64,000 bases of DNA from Chrysomallon squamiferum. Its lineage: Eukaryota; Animalia; Mollusca. The stretch is taken from NCBI GenBank assembly GCA_012295275.1, contig CM022670.1, forward strand, positions 35,030,001 to 35,094,000. Direction: 5' to 3'. How positions within the stretch are numbered: the stretch's first letter is position 1; every line of letters starts with the position of its first letter. Below the pieces are notes generated by a model. It had not been told where the DNA came from and ran no database searches. It saw only the letters and a program-made list of their open reading frames with translations. A program made the position numbers and the translations under genes. Of this stretch, positions 1 to 19,570 are shown in pieces.

Positions 1-1197
1 TGCCTGTGATGGAATTTGATTGGGGGATGGTGAAGAGGTTGCTGACAAAGGCCAGTTTTGCAGCATCCCTACACAGACCCAGTCCTGACCAGTGAGGCTA
101 TCATGGACTTCTGCATCAAGAGTATTCCAGGTATTCACTTTTTCAACATCACACCAGAACACAACAAAGCAGGAGTTGGAACTACAAGGGAGGTTTCAAG
201 TGGCCAAAACGGTCAAGGAATAACAGCAATTTCACCGGTTAGTTCCAGTGTCTAAGTCAAAGACGCTTGTCTACAAGCTGACCCTTCAGTGACCACCAGA
301 ACTAGTATTTTCAGCATTCTGAGGATGGTATGACAGAGTTACCAGATGAGTCAAGAATCAAAACTATATTTGTTGTCTGTATGACAATGAGGCATGGGTT
401 GGGCTAGTTGAGGACATTTCAGAAGAGCATGGTGATTTCTTCATTCGTTTCAAGCACCCTCACAGACCTTCTAAGTTATTTCACTGACCAAACGAAGAAA
501 ACACTTGTTGGATTACTGAAGGGGATATCTTCTGTGTCATTGATACACCTTCTATTGCATCTTCTCGACGGATGTACTCTCTGCATAAAAAGGATGGTGC
601 AATTCTGTGACTGCTGAACTGGTGAGAAGGCAACGAGGGAAGTAGTTTGATATCATATGAACATAACATGTAGGCCTACAATGTATTACTCGGTAATCAT
701 GAGAGATGGTGATTCCTAGAATCAGGAATTGGTCATTCAGGTTTTAGCTAATCAGATGTTAATGGCAGAAAAGGTGTTATTTTCATGGACATGCAGTTAT
801 TGAATGTGTATTGCTGCTAAACAAATAACACTACAGCTCTGAATCTTTTATATGTTTTAGATAACATGTGAGAGATTAAATATCAAGAATGTTCATCTCA
901 TAGTAATGTGATCCACAAGGCTTATGTACCCCCAACATTCTCCAAACTGAAACCTTGGTCCAGTAGTTCCTGAGATATGAGGGTTCAAAGATTGGTGGTC
1001 ACACCCATTTTGACCGAAAATCTCAAGAAACGGTGGACCATATCTTCCAAACCACTGGTCTGATTGGCTTAAATTTTCGGATTTGGTGCTGTGGGATCCC
1101 AATCAACAAGTATTCCAACCAAGTTTCATAAAAATCTGAGTACAGTCGGGTTTAAAATATTTTTTGTTTTGGGGGGATGACATAGAATGACTATTAA
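1..1197 (+). mobile_element. Decayed DNA transposon relic (transposase C-terminal remnant plus probable right terminus; Sola3-like assignment tentative)
   Basis: Frameshifted and stop-interrupted translation: ACDGI / GMVKRLLTKAS / LQHPYTDPVLTSEAIMDFCIKSIPGIHFFNIT (1-153) and NYICCLYDNEAWVGLVEDISEEHGDFFIRFKHPHRPSKLFH*PNEENTCWITEGDIFCVIDTPS (from 362). This resembles the CDGxGGxVKR...SLQ-type transposon proteins common in invertebrates. The region ends GGGGGGATGACATAGAATGACTA|TTAA (1171-1197). It lies within torsin intron 2. Confidence 0.6.
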
Positions 1198-2233
1198 TTA
1201 ATCTTAATTAATGTATATCAGATAAAAAGTATACCTGTAACTTTTATATGGAGTTTTACTGCTGAAAATAGCAATTTGTTGCAGCTACCAGTAATCGGCC
1301 ATTTGTTGTATACAAGGTTCTCCCTTATTTAATGATGTGGTAAACACATTTTGTTTATGGTTATATTAGTGACAGATATGTAGTTAAGGACAACATTTCC
1401 TTTAATTTTTTCTTTCTTAACATAACGTTTGATGCTTTAAGCAAAAATGGAAATGCATAGTGAAAAAAACTTGTATTTTGTAAATGAAAATGAGAGACAA
1501 TATTTTGATATGTGCGTCACCAATGTAGTGATTTCCTATCAGAGGTAACACTCGTTAATGATCATTCAGATAATGAGAGAAAAAAACTCACTGCTGCCAT
1601 TTCTTCAGCTACTGTTTCTTGATAATAGTACTACATACCAGAGTATTTGTTAAAGCACTAAGATGTAAAATGGCAAGAAAAATTGATCTGATGATCGAGT
1701 GCACTTTGAGGAGAATGAAATAGTCCTGCTTCCTCCTCTCTAGGAATGAACTTTCTTTCAGTGTGTAAGATGTATGCAGACACACTAACAATGCAGGAGT
1801 ATAGCCACTAGACCCTCAGTTATCCTTACATAAATCAAGTTATTTTTATACTGTACTTTATAAACTACATCTGGGTTTTCTGATTGTTTCGGTATCACGA
1901 TTAAAATACTGCAATAATGTCTCTTAACACATCATATTTCCAAAAGTAATCCATCTTTGGGACTTATTTCTTCATTCATTGAACATTCTGAAGATGCTAC
2001 AGTAACAAAGAACTACTTACCTTTCTAGCCTACCAGCATTAATGATTTCTGTGATTCACATCTAACTTGACAGATCACAAAATCCGCATATAAGATAACA
2101 AAAAATTACTTTATGGAATAGGACCATCAGACAGTGAGAGAGTTATTTTTTTATCTTCATTTTAAAGAAAAGAAGAATTCAGGTGTGTTTTATGGAAAGC
2201 AGTAGACAATATACAAAATATAGAAATAATTAC

Positions 2234-2552
2234 TTTATAGAATCGAATCATTCCTTCATGCGGAAATTCCTTAGTTGATGATATAAGATGGACAAATTTG
2301 CTTTTCATTCCTTCTTTGAAGAGATGCTCTGCTATCATTTTGCTCACGTAATTCTTGCCTGTTCCTGTACCACCATGGAAAGATAAAGCAAGAGCCTTTG
2401 CGGGGTGTTCAGATGTCACATGTCCTTTTATGTGGTTAATAACTGCCTTCATTACAAGGTGCTGACCATATAGTTTATTTTCCATTGTTAGTTGCAAACC
2501 TGTATATAATTATAGTAATATAAAATGTAAAATTAGATTAACTGTACGGTAG

Positions 2553-2601
<49 letters not shown>

Positions 2602-2996
2602 TGGTAGGTTACAAAATTCACAGAAATCATAAAGTATATTTTATTTATCGTTTCTTTTATTTTCAATTTTCTTTCGTGTTACATCGATCAATAATTCATT
2701 AAGACTCTTTACTTTTGTTTTTGGTGTTGCTATTATACTGCATACATTTTAAATTTAATGATAAAATTTGTTTAAACCTATCATTGATAAACAATAATAA
2801 TACCGGAAGTATTTCTGAGAATCCATCGGTTATCACAAGTCTCACTAAAATAACTTTTCAGACCATTCAGTGGAGACGCCACAAATTTAAAACCGGCAGT
2901 AATCCCAGAAAAAGGATCGAATGCACATATGGGTCCAACTGCTACCAAAGACAGACAATATAATAAGCATAATAAATTTAGCCATTTGATGTTCAT
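2234..2996 (-). CDS. Torsin-family AAA+ ATPase (torsin-1A/1B-like), coding exons 1-2; remaining exons lie off the left edge
   Basis: Exon 1 is 2996-2804 (signal peptide MNIKWLNLLCLLYCLSLVAVG, phase 1). Exon 2 is 2499-2234 (GLQLTMENKLYGQHLV...KALALSFHGGTGTGKNYVSKMIAEHLF...SKFVHLISSTKEFPH). It has the torsin-type Walker A GxxGxGKN and the L[FY]GQH motif. Both junctions are GT-AG and in phase. Confidence 0.93.
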
Positions 2997-3321
2997 GTTG
3001 ATATCGAAAGTACTCTAGCTTGAGACCGAGAAGTATTACGCTTCACAAAATCATCATTGGGCGGACATTATAAATAGAAGTAAATCCATTAATTTTACGT
3101 CCACTATATAACTAATCGCTCAAAAAGCTGATTAACTAATAAATATTATTTTCGTCTGGTTAAATTTCATAAGATTATTATGGAATGGAATGGAAAAAAA
3201 TTAACGTGCTAATCAGAGCAAGCTGTTGTTAAGCACGCTTTCTGTAAGATTATTAGTAGTTCTACACCGTTATATGCTACATAATTATATTACTCGTACA
3301 AAAATGTTCAAAAACGTTGTC

Positions 3322-3428
3322 TGCGCATGCGAAATAGAATAACACTTCTACACTGTCAACAGAGTTATCTCTTCTTCTAATTGAGAACCATTATCTGGAC
3401 AGTCACGTGACGGATCACCATCACATGA
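3322..3428. promoter_or_regulatory. Probable bidirectional promoter core between torsin and TMEM144 (NRF1-like and CLEAR/E-box motifs)
   Basis: TGCGCATGCG at 3322-3331, the perfect palindrome GTCACGTGAC at 3402-3411 and TCACATGA at 3421-3428, all between two divergent start codons (2996 minus, 4571 plus). Confidence 0.5.
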
Positions 3429-3880
3429 TAAAGTTACAACACAGGGTAAACTGCACAAAATGGATATTGGATTTTTAGGTTTTTTCAGTTTGTTGTGATT
3501 CACCTAGGTAAAGATTCAAACTAATATTACTTAAATAATTTCACATACCAATAGACAGTATGATAATGAGTTACCATCGTACATGTAATGATTATTAAGA
3601 TAATATTTAATATTCATTATTACTTCACGTAAGTTTGTCACAAAATAATTATTAACTGTCAATGCATTGCCACATAGGTATGTATTATTGTATCCTATAT
3701 TCGATGTAACGCAAAATAAACAGATAAAATAATAAACATTATGAACATAGCAACAGTAGTAAATTAATAATTTTGAGAATAATATTTCAGCACAATCCTT
3801 GTTCATTTATATAAAATTTCAAAAACTGTTTGAAATAATCTTTATACTCCATCAGTTTTATTAGTAACTGTAAAAAATGG

Positions 3881-3926
<46 letters not shown>

Positions 3927-4161
3927 TTGTTTAGTTGCTTTAAAAAGAAACTTGAAAATACAGTTTATGCAATATTGTTACATACATGTATATTAATATA
4001 TAGCATCACTCAGCCACTTAGTTTTGCTTAACAAAGTTCAATATAATATCAGAATTTAATATTACACATAATGCAGCTATACAGAACAAATAAATAAGGT
4101 GCCAGAACAAATAAATTGCAAAGGTGCCCAGTGCTTTTTTCCCTACAACCATTACTTTAAT

Positions 4162-4224
<63 letters not shown>

Positions 4225-4570
4225 ACAAATTAAATGATTCTATGTGCTATTTCATGAATATAATTGTATGGAGATAACCTACTTTGGTGTTCTGGTTTCA
4301 TGAACAATTGACAAAACTGGTTTTCTAATCAGATAGAAATTTACAACATTTTTCAAATGTCATCAATCGTTACATATATAATTTTGTTAGATTGCAAATA
4401 TTCACTTTTGGAATAGATTGTTCATAAATTTAATTTTAAGAAGAAAAAAAGTCAGGAAAATAATTAGCAAATGACTGTATTTAGTGAAATTTTTTTTTAA
4501 ATTTTTCTTATTTAATGTTTTTTTTTTGAATGAATGTTTTATCTGTTTTATTAAGATAATCTCTGTCAGC

Positions 4571-10984
<6,414 letters not shown>

Positions 10985-13650
10985 ATCAACTGAAAATCTG
11001 CATTTTACATTTCATCTGTTACCATCTCTACCTTAGCTTGTACTGTGAATCAGGGACCCAGATAATAAATAATAGTGTGGGTTTGCACAATATAATCTGA
11101 ACTGAGCATCATAGTCACTGCAAACTGATTAATGTGACGTCTTGTAGATTTTACTAAAATCTGTGGACCATCAGTAGAATTTTAAATTGCCTTTGTTTTT
11201 GTTAAGTTTTCTATTTATTATATAAATCTTCACTGAATATATATATATCACACACACAGAGGGATACATAGAGACATATCAGTGATGTATGTCATGTGCT
11301 ATCTTTTCTGAAATCCTAGGATAAGCCATTTAAAGTTATTAGCTGCTTTAAAAATAACCCAAAAGAAACTGAAGTATTGTACATCTTTTCTGTTTATAAT
11401 TTGACTTATTTTGCAAACTATGTAATTTTAAAAATCTGCTGTAGAGAACAATAGTAACATTGCTCGTAGTGTCTGAAGTTGTAAAATAAAATATTTTGAA
11501 ATATAACAAAACATTTAAAATGTCCCCCTTAAATATTCATTTTTTTTTACTTCAAAAGATAATTATAAATATATTTGTTATTGATACTGAGTTAGAACAA
11601 AAAATTGGTAATAATAATTTATGAAAAATACTCCATTAGATTTCAGTATTATTAGAGTATACTGCTTTCTGAGTTCATAAATCATGTGTATAGCTGTATT
11701 TTGAATTATTTAATTTTCATTAATCTTTATTATACATTTATCCAACAATGGGTCAAACCAACACATTCAGTTATTTTAGTGCCAGTAATTTCTTAATAAT
11801 ATAAAAATTTTGGTGCCAATGTTTAAAATTTCTTAATAATATAAAAATGAAATCACTACAATAATGTCATTCCTTATTTGAAATATGGATCTGCTCTTGT
11901 GATTTCAGCTTTTTATACATCCAGTAAATTTGTTTGGTATTATCCTTTTAAGAAAGATTTTTTTTTTTTTTTTATATATAAGGTGCTTTGGTTGTTCATC
12001 TGTTGTTATAAAACTTTCCTTTAGACATGACAATTGATTACTTTGTTAAAATTTCTTGTTCCATGTGAAAATGTTGTTATTTATAATTTAAAAAAAATAT
12101 ATATATAAATACTTTAGTAAATGGAAGTAACAATACATATTCAGAGTGTGTGTCACTTGACATGTCTGTCCTGTATTCAGATCTTGGAATGAATGACTGG
12201 GTGTTTGTACTTGGTAATATCTAAGTGGTTTAGAACAATGTTTATCAACATACACCCACATGATGGCAGTTTGAATATAATGTATTAAAAACAAAATTTT
12301 CTGATCCTTTGAATATCAACAGCCAAGAAATCCTGCAATGCAAAATAAGTAAATTATTAAATTTAAATTGACTTGTTTTATGAAATATATTAAATAATTA
12401 AACACCCCCCCCCACACACATACAGGTCTGTTATACATTTTAAACATTATCAGGACTTGGATTGTTTTTATGCAAAATTAGGCATTAAAAGCTTTGAGAT
12501 ATTTAGGTCTTGTGTGACCCCCACCCCAAAAAAAAGGGTTTAGAAGCACAAACTTAGAATTTCATAAATAGATTTTAAGACAATTCATGTTGAAATTATT
12601 AATGTATATTTTTTAACGAAATTAAATATAATAAAAAGTTGTTTCTGGTTCTGAAAGATTTTATCAGCTTGGTACATCATTATAAAATCTAGACTCCTTC
12701 CTTATTTCCAGTCTTGTTTTCAGCATGTTATCTGAGCCATTTACAACTCACAGTCTGTTAAATCCAGAAACATGATCTCAGTATCCAGATTGTTACATTC
12801 CTATTCATGTTAATGTTTGTTAAGCACATTGTTATAATTTTATCTAATTTAGGGTATCAGTATTTTCCAAGCAAATTCCTCACATTCTACATTAATTAAT
12901 AATATTTGCAATATTAATAATAAGTAGTGATCGATTATTTAACCCACACAAATATTGTGATATTTACTCTCAGATATGCTTACAGCATCAAATCTCAGTA
13001 GTGTATGTTTTATGTGTGTCTGTATGTTTGTATGTCTATATAAATAAAAGTATGCAGGTCATTGTATGTGTATCTGTTATACTAATGGTGTGTTTTTGTT
13101 GCTTTTTTAATTCATAATTTAAATGAGAATTCACTATTTTATTTATTTACTTTTTTGGTTATTTAACAGAACACAATTTTATAAGCTCAAAATAACGAAA
13201 ATTATTCAAATTTATTGACAGAACATTTATTTATTTTGGTTTTATTTTTAAAATTATATTTTTTTGCTAATTGTATTTGTTTGTTGTTTCAATTAACAGT
13301 TTCTAAAGAAAATAAAAACTTTTCACATAGTTTCCTACTTGTGTTTTGAAATGTATATTTAAAACAGTATCTGAAAACAGAAAGGAAAGATTTAAATAAT
13401 TTTTAATTATTAACATCACTTTTATTATTTTTAAAAATAATAATAAAGATTAAGAATCCTTCATTTGAAATTCAGATACCTGAAACTCTTTTTGACCAGC
13501 TGAGATAAACCTGTAACAATAAAACAAGAATATCCAAAACATAATAATTAAACTGATATTTTATTATATGTATTTACAAATCAAGATATAAGTACTTGTA
13601 TGTAATGCCAGTGTTTGTGTGTAAATGGCTGAATCGCAGAAACGATTGTG

Positions 13651-14842
13651 CTATGCTGACATGTACAAGTTTGGTGGTACAATTTCTGATGCATTGCTGT
13701 TGCACCAGCTGTCTGTACAGCAGTATGTGCATGTCAGGTCTTTGCTGTTGAGGCCGTTGTCAATATTAAGACAATCGTCTGAGTGAGATGTTTGTTGCAA
13801 CCATTCTCGTTTGCAGGCTGAGATAGATTTACAACTGAAAATGAATAGAAAAGAGAACTTTTAAATAAACAACTGTCTTTCAATAAATAAATAAATAAAT
13901 AAATAAAAATGAAATGAAATGAAATTAAATAAAAAAAAAAAAAATTAAAAAAAAATTAAAATAAATAAAATTAGATTAAATAAAATAAATTAAATAAAGA
14001 TTGGGTCAGGAATTAGAGTTATATGATAATGTTAAATTTAAAATAATTATTTAGCAAAACAACAGCAACAATGCACAGAGCTTTAGTCAGTTACAACAGT
14101 GGGTTAATCATTTAAATCATTCTGTAAATGAATATTACATTAAATTAAATTAAATTAAATAATTAAATTAAATTATTAAATTAAATTATTTAAATTAAAA
14201 ATAAAATAAACAATTTTTTTTTAAAAAGAATAATAATAATAATAATAATAATAAAACAAACTACATACCCCTTTTGGAAATGGGTCAGTTCAAAACCCTG
14301 GGTAACAGCAGTGACATAACAAAGGTCATTGTGTTCACAGCTTTCTTGTTGTGGGTTTATGATGCACTGCTGGAGTCCATCACAGGATGCACACATCACT
14401 AAAACCAAGGACACACCCAGTTACAAATGTACAGTTACTTATATGATGTCAGGAACGAAAATTTATATCTACTCATTACAAAAATTAGATGTATGAAACA
14501 AAAAAAGCAACAATAACTCAATTATTTTATTTAATATTTATTACTATATAGTTTTTCTTTAATGTTTATTATTATACAGTTTTTATTTAATATTTGTTAT
14601 TATAGTATTTTATGCAGTATTTATTATTCCATTATTTAATTTAGTATTCATTGCTGCATTGTTTTTTTGTTGTGTTAGTTTTACTAAATATAATAACCTG
14701 GTTGTGGTGTTGTACTTGAAGAAGTTGTCTCAGTTGTTGTCTTTGTTTGCTCCTTTGAGGTCATCGTCACGGTTGTTCTGGCTATGTTGTAGATTGGTTG
14801 AAAATATATTTTAGAAATATTAGATGAAATATCTGTTAATTT

Positions 14843-14935
<93 letters not shown>

Positions 14936-16233
14936 CTTAAAACTAAATAGAAAGAAATTTCAGAATAATATTTACCTGAGTTTGGGTTTTTAGTTGTGAT
15001 CCAGAGAGAGTAGATAATATTTCTAAATAAATTTTCTTCCACATATACTGGAAATTGAGGGAAAAAAAACAAACAAACAGAATAAAGAAATAGATTTTAA
15101 AATTAATCAAGTAACTTTTATCCACATCTGTATTCACTATTAGATGTAACAAACTTTTAAAATTTATTTTATATTTTAAATAGTTTTACATAACTTAAAA
15201 TTATTTTTCATATATATAAAGAGGTATTTTCTGTCAGGTAAAGTATATCTCCTCCACTCTAAACCTCTTCCTCCAAAACCATTACTTATTTTTATCAATG
15301 TCTTTCATATGATGTGTGTTTTAATAATGATAACATTGTGAACAACTGCTACAGACAATAACAGTAACAACAATAACAACAACAACAACTTCAATAACAA
15401 AAATAAAAATGATAATAATGATGATGATGATGATGATAATAATAATATTGTTAATAATAATAAAATATAGTAAATATGATAATAATGAGTGATAACTACA
15501 AATTAATAATGTAATTATCATAATTATCACAATAGTAATGATGATGACCATGGTGTTGACGATGATGAAGTAGGTAATCTGATCAAAGTGTAAGACAGAT
15601 TTTCAACTTACGTCTGTATTCAGAAATAAGTTTCAGAAGGCATGGCTCAGTGACACCAGGAAGTCGTAAAACTACATCTGAAACTAAGTAATTTTATAAA
15701 ATTGTAAATTACATTGTTAACTGTGAAATATAATTATTGAAATGATTAGTAGACAGATATACTGATAGATAGATAGATAGATAGATAGACAGACTAATTG
15801 ATAGATGCACAGATCTGTCAATATCTATCTCTCTATTATCTATCTATTTATCTATCAATGTATGTGTATATGTGTGTTAGTGTGTGCATGTGTGAATATA
15901 AAGATTCATAGATTCACAGATATATAAATAGGCAGAACAACAGACATGTAGATAGAAAGGAAAGACGGAAAAAGAGATACTTTCATTTGGCATGTTATAC
16001 TGCTGTTGACTTCTGCGTTGAAACGCTCCTCCATTTTCCACTGAAAATAACAAAACACAAAAACAAAAATAATTTATTTGGTGGGGAAGTGAGTCTCTAT
16101 TGCATTATAGTAATTTTAAAGGACTGAAAGAAAGAAAAAAAAAAAAAGAGACAGAAAAGGGAGTCAGTGAGTAGTTAACATTCATTCTAACTGACTGATG
16201 GATATAAACAGACAGAAAAAATCAGAGACACAC

Positions 16234-16324
<91 letters not shown>

Positions 16325-17117
16325 GAACGTACGAAACTCGTAAAGTCGCGAAGCAGATTCTGAGGTCAAAGTTTTATTAATGTCTGGTTCAACAAACATC
16401 TTGAAAACAGCACAAGCATCATCTAAAATAACCAAACACACATTATACATTAATATTATACTGCTCCCCTTTACAGAATATGAAATTAAGTTCGTATATT
16501 GACAGTGGTTATAGAAATTTAATAATATTAATAAAGTATGACTGAATGTCGCATTGTTATTGTTACCCTCATATATTACACTTGTAATTTTCGTACTAGT
16601 AATAGAAATAGTAAAAGTAACAGTAATAGTAGTGATTATAGTTGTAATAGTAGAGGTAGTGTTGGTGGTGATAGTAGTTATAATAGCAGAATTAATTATA
16701 ATAATAATATTAATGATGGTTGCAGTAGTAGTATAAAAAATACGTTGCTGGAGTTATAATAATAATGATCATAAGTAGTAATAGTAATAGAAGTGACAGT
16801 AAAACTAATAGCAACAGCAATAGTTATAGTAGAAATAAAAGATGAACAAAAAAAAAAAAAAGTAATAGTAGCAGCAGAATGGTATTAGTAATATAGCAGG
16901 ACTTTGTTTTAGAAAAGCAATAGTAATAGAAGGTAATAGTAGTGCAATGTACAGTAATAGTAATGTTGGATTCAGTAGTAATTACAAAGAAGTACATCTG
17001 ATAACACAAACAAATGTCATACCGGAACACGGAATGAGAATTTTAAATATTTCTACCAGGATCGTTCCAATCTCTAAAGAAACAACAATAATAACAACAA
17101 CAACAACAACAATAATA

Positions 17118-17152
<35 letters not shown>

Positions 17153-18451
17153 AATAATAATAATAACAAATAAAATTAATTAATTAAAAAATACGACAGG
17201 TATAACCATAATAATTTTATAATTTTATGTATGAATGAAAGTTAGGATCTATTTCTGAATTTTATTTGCATATACTCAATCATGGAGAATGAAAGTAATA
17301 AAGGAAAGGTTTTTTGTTTGTTTGTTTTTCAAACTTTAAAGGATGCTGTTTTAAATATAACTTTAATGTACAAGTCGAGTGAAGCTACTAACCCTTTAGT
17401 TTGGCGTTAAATTTTGGCGAAAAATGTATTTTTTAAGATGGTATAAAATCGGAATTTATTTCATATGTTATAATTTAGGTGTAAAAACAATTATGACTCT
17501 GATGATGCGGATGATGATAATTAAGATATTAATGTAAAGAATACAACATTACATTTTATCAACAAACAAATTATTATCAGTTAAGACAAACATAAACTTT
17601 GAAACTGTTATCTCTTTCTACAAACGTAAAATAACAGATAGATGGATAGACATATTAACAAGTAGATAGAAATATATATATATATATATAGATAAAAAAA
17701 AAAAAAAAAATAAGTTAAATTAGAATGAAAACTAGGAAACGAAAAAAAAAATGCTATTATCAACAAACCCAACAAAAAACAATATAAAATTAGAAACACA
17801 CATAAAAAAATAAAAATAAAATAAAATAAATTCCGAATTAAAATACTAAATCAAGCATTGTTCTTTAAAAATAAATATTCTTACCTATATAGTCACTATG
17901 TTCTTTTAACAAATGTATTGCATTATTAACCTCTGTAAAAATAAATAAATAAATAATAATGACAACAACAATAACAATAATAAATAAATAAATCGAATCA
18001 CACACACACACACACAGAGAGAGAGAAAATTATTGTTTTTATTTTTTATTATTATTATTTCAAATGAGATTTTGTGAAAATATAAACAAGTGGTTTACCC
18101 GAATAGTTTTGAGAATTCCAGCATACAGATTTGTTGTCGGGACGAATTTGTAAAATATCTTTGTCTGAAAAAAATGTAATAATAATAATAGTAGTTTCGT
18201 AGTAGTAATAGTAGTAATAGTAGTAGTAATAGTAGTAGTAGTAGTAATAGCAGTAGCAGTAATAAATAAATAAATAGAACGTTATAGATGTTTATATATT
18301 CTTAAATAATCAGAATCCATGTTAATGATTTCATTATGTTTCAAACGTTACATTTATTTCAAGTAACACTCACATGTAAGATGCGATCAATATATTAGAC
18401 CTAATAATATAATAATATTAACCTTTTAGTTAAAACTTTTTGATCCAATTA

Positions 18452-18483
<32 letters not shown>

Positions 18484-18647
18484 GATCTATCTATCTATCT
18501 ATATCTATCTATCTATCTATATATCTATCTGTCTCTGTATATCTATCTCTCTATCTGTCTCTCTGTATATCTATCTGTCTATCTATCTATCTATCTATCT
18601 GTCTGTCTATCTATCTAACCATCTGTGTGTATGTGTGTATGTATATG

Positions 18648-18692
<45 letters not shown>

Positions 18693-18736
18693 GTGAATAT
18701 ATATGTGTGTGTGGATGTGTATTTATGTGTGCAAGT

Positions 18737-18771
<35 letters not shown>

Positions 18772-19030
18772 TAGTATACTCACTCATTTTCTCATAACAG
18801 AAATTACACTGACTGATGCTCTTCATGTTTCCTGCGTTACTCTGAGGTGGTCGGTTTAAACAGGTGACACATACTGCGAGAAACACAAAAGTAAGCGGTT
18901 ATAATAAATTTATTTAATGAACAGGCTATAGTTCTGATGTTGTTGTTGTTGCTGCTACTGCTGTTTTTATTATTATAACTATTAGTATTGTTGTCAACGC
19001 TCTTCCTTTTTATTGTTTTTGTTGTTATTA

Positions 19031-19071
<41 letters not shown>

Positions 19072-19570
19072 GTTGTTGCACTGACCTTACTATTCATAAT
19101 GTTTTAAGTATTACTTATATCTCTTAGATTTGGAAATATGACAGTATAAATCATTTAGTAAAAATAGGAAAGAAAAAAAAAATGTGTTTATAAGTTTCAC
19201 ACAAAATAAATAAATAAATAAATAAATAAATAAAATAAAACAAGAAGCAAATAATCACATTTAAATATGTCCAAATTTGTTACAAATGTAATTTAATATT
19301 TCTATAACCTTATAATGACGAGATACTGACATTCGAAATTTAATATAAAAAAAAGAGATAATAATAATAAAAAAAAAAACATAAAACCGACGTCGCGATC
19401 TGATTACAACAAAATGTTTCTTATTTTTTCTTTGTTCTTTTAATGCTTGCAGAAGGACACCGATATCTTTAGCGTTTGTTCATATTTACGCTGTTTATAT
19501 ACTAGAATAATATTTTCTAAAACTTAAAATGAAAAAACTTACAAATAAAGAAAATTATTTTTGATGTCAT
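13651..19570 (-). CDS. Putative secreted ~322-aa protein: signal peptide, unrecognised N-terminal region, Thr/Ser-rich stalk, C-terminal Ly6/uPAR (three-finger) domain
   Basis: Twelve GT-AG exons form one open frame: 19570-19543, 18873-18784, 18164-18099, 17932-17885, 17073-17023, 16422-16333, 16040-15981, 15677-15612, 15047-14976, 14781-14698, 14398-14269, 13834-13651 (969 nt). C-terminus: CASCDGLQQCIINPQQESCEHNDLCYVTAVTQGFELTHFQKGCKSISACKREWLQQTSHSDDCLNIDNGLNSKDLTCTYCCTDSWCN, with the CxxC start and CCxxxxCN end. The last three exons are the most secure; the 16040-15981 exon has a weak donor (GTATCT). Confidence 0.75.

Noticed and set aside
1198-2233. Torsin exon 3 (Walker B, IFIFDE-type motif)
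   Set aside because: I found no matching peptide on the minus strand; the remaining exons probably lie left of the window.
18374-18400. 27-nt candidate exon (AG...GTGAGT, minus strand) within the Ly6-domain gene
   Set aside because: It has an in-frame TGA in the required phase 1 and a poor polypyrimidine tract, so I left it out. A poison exon cannot be excluded.
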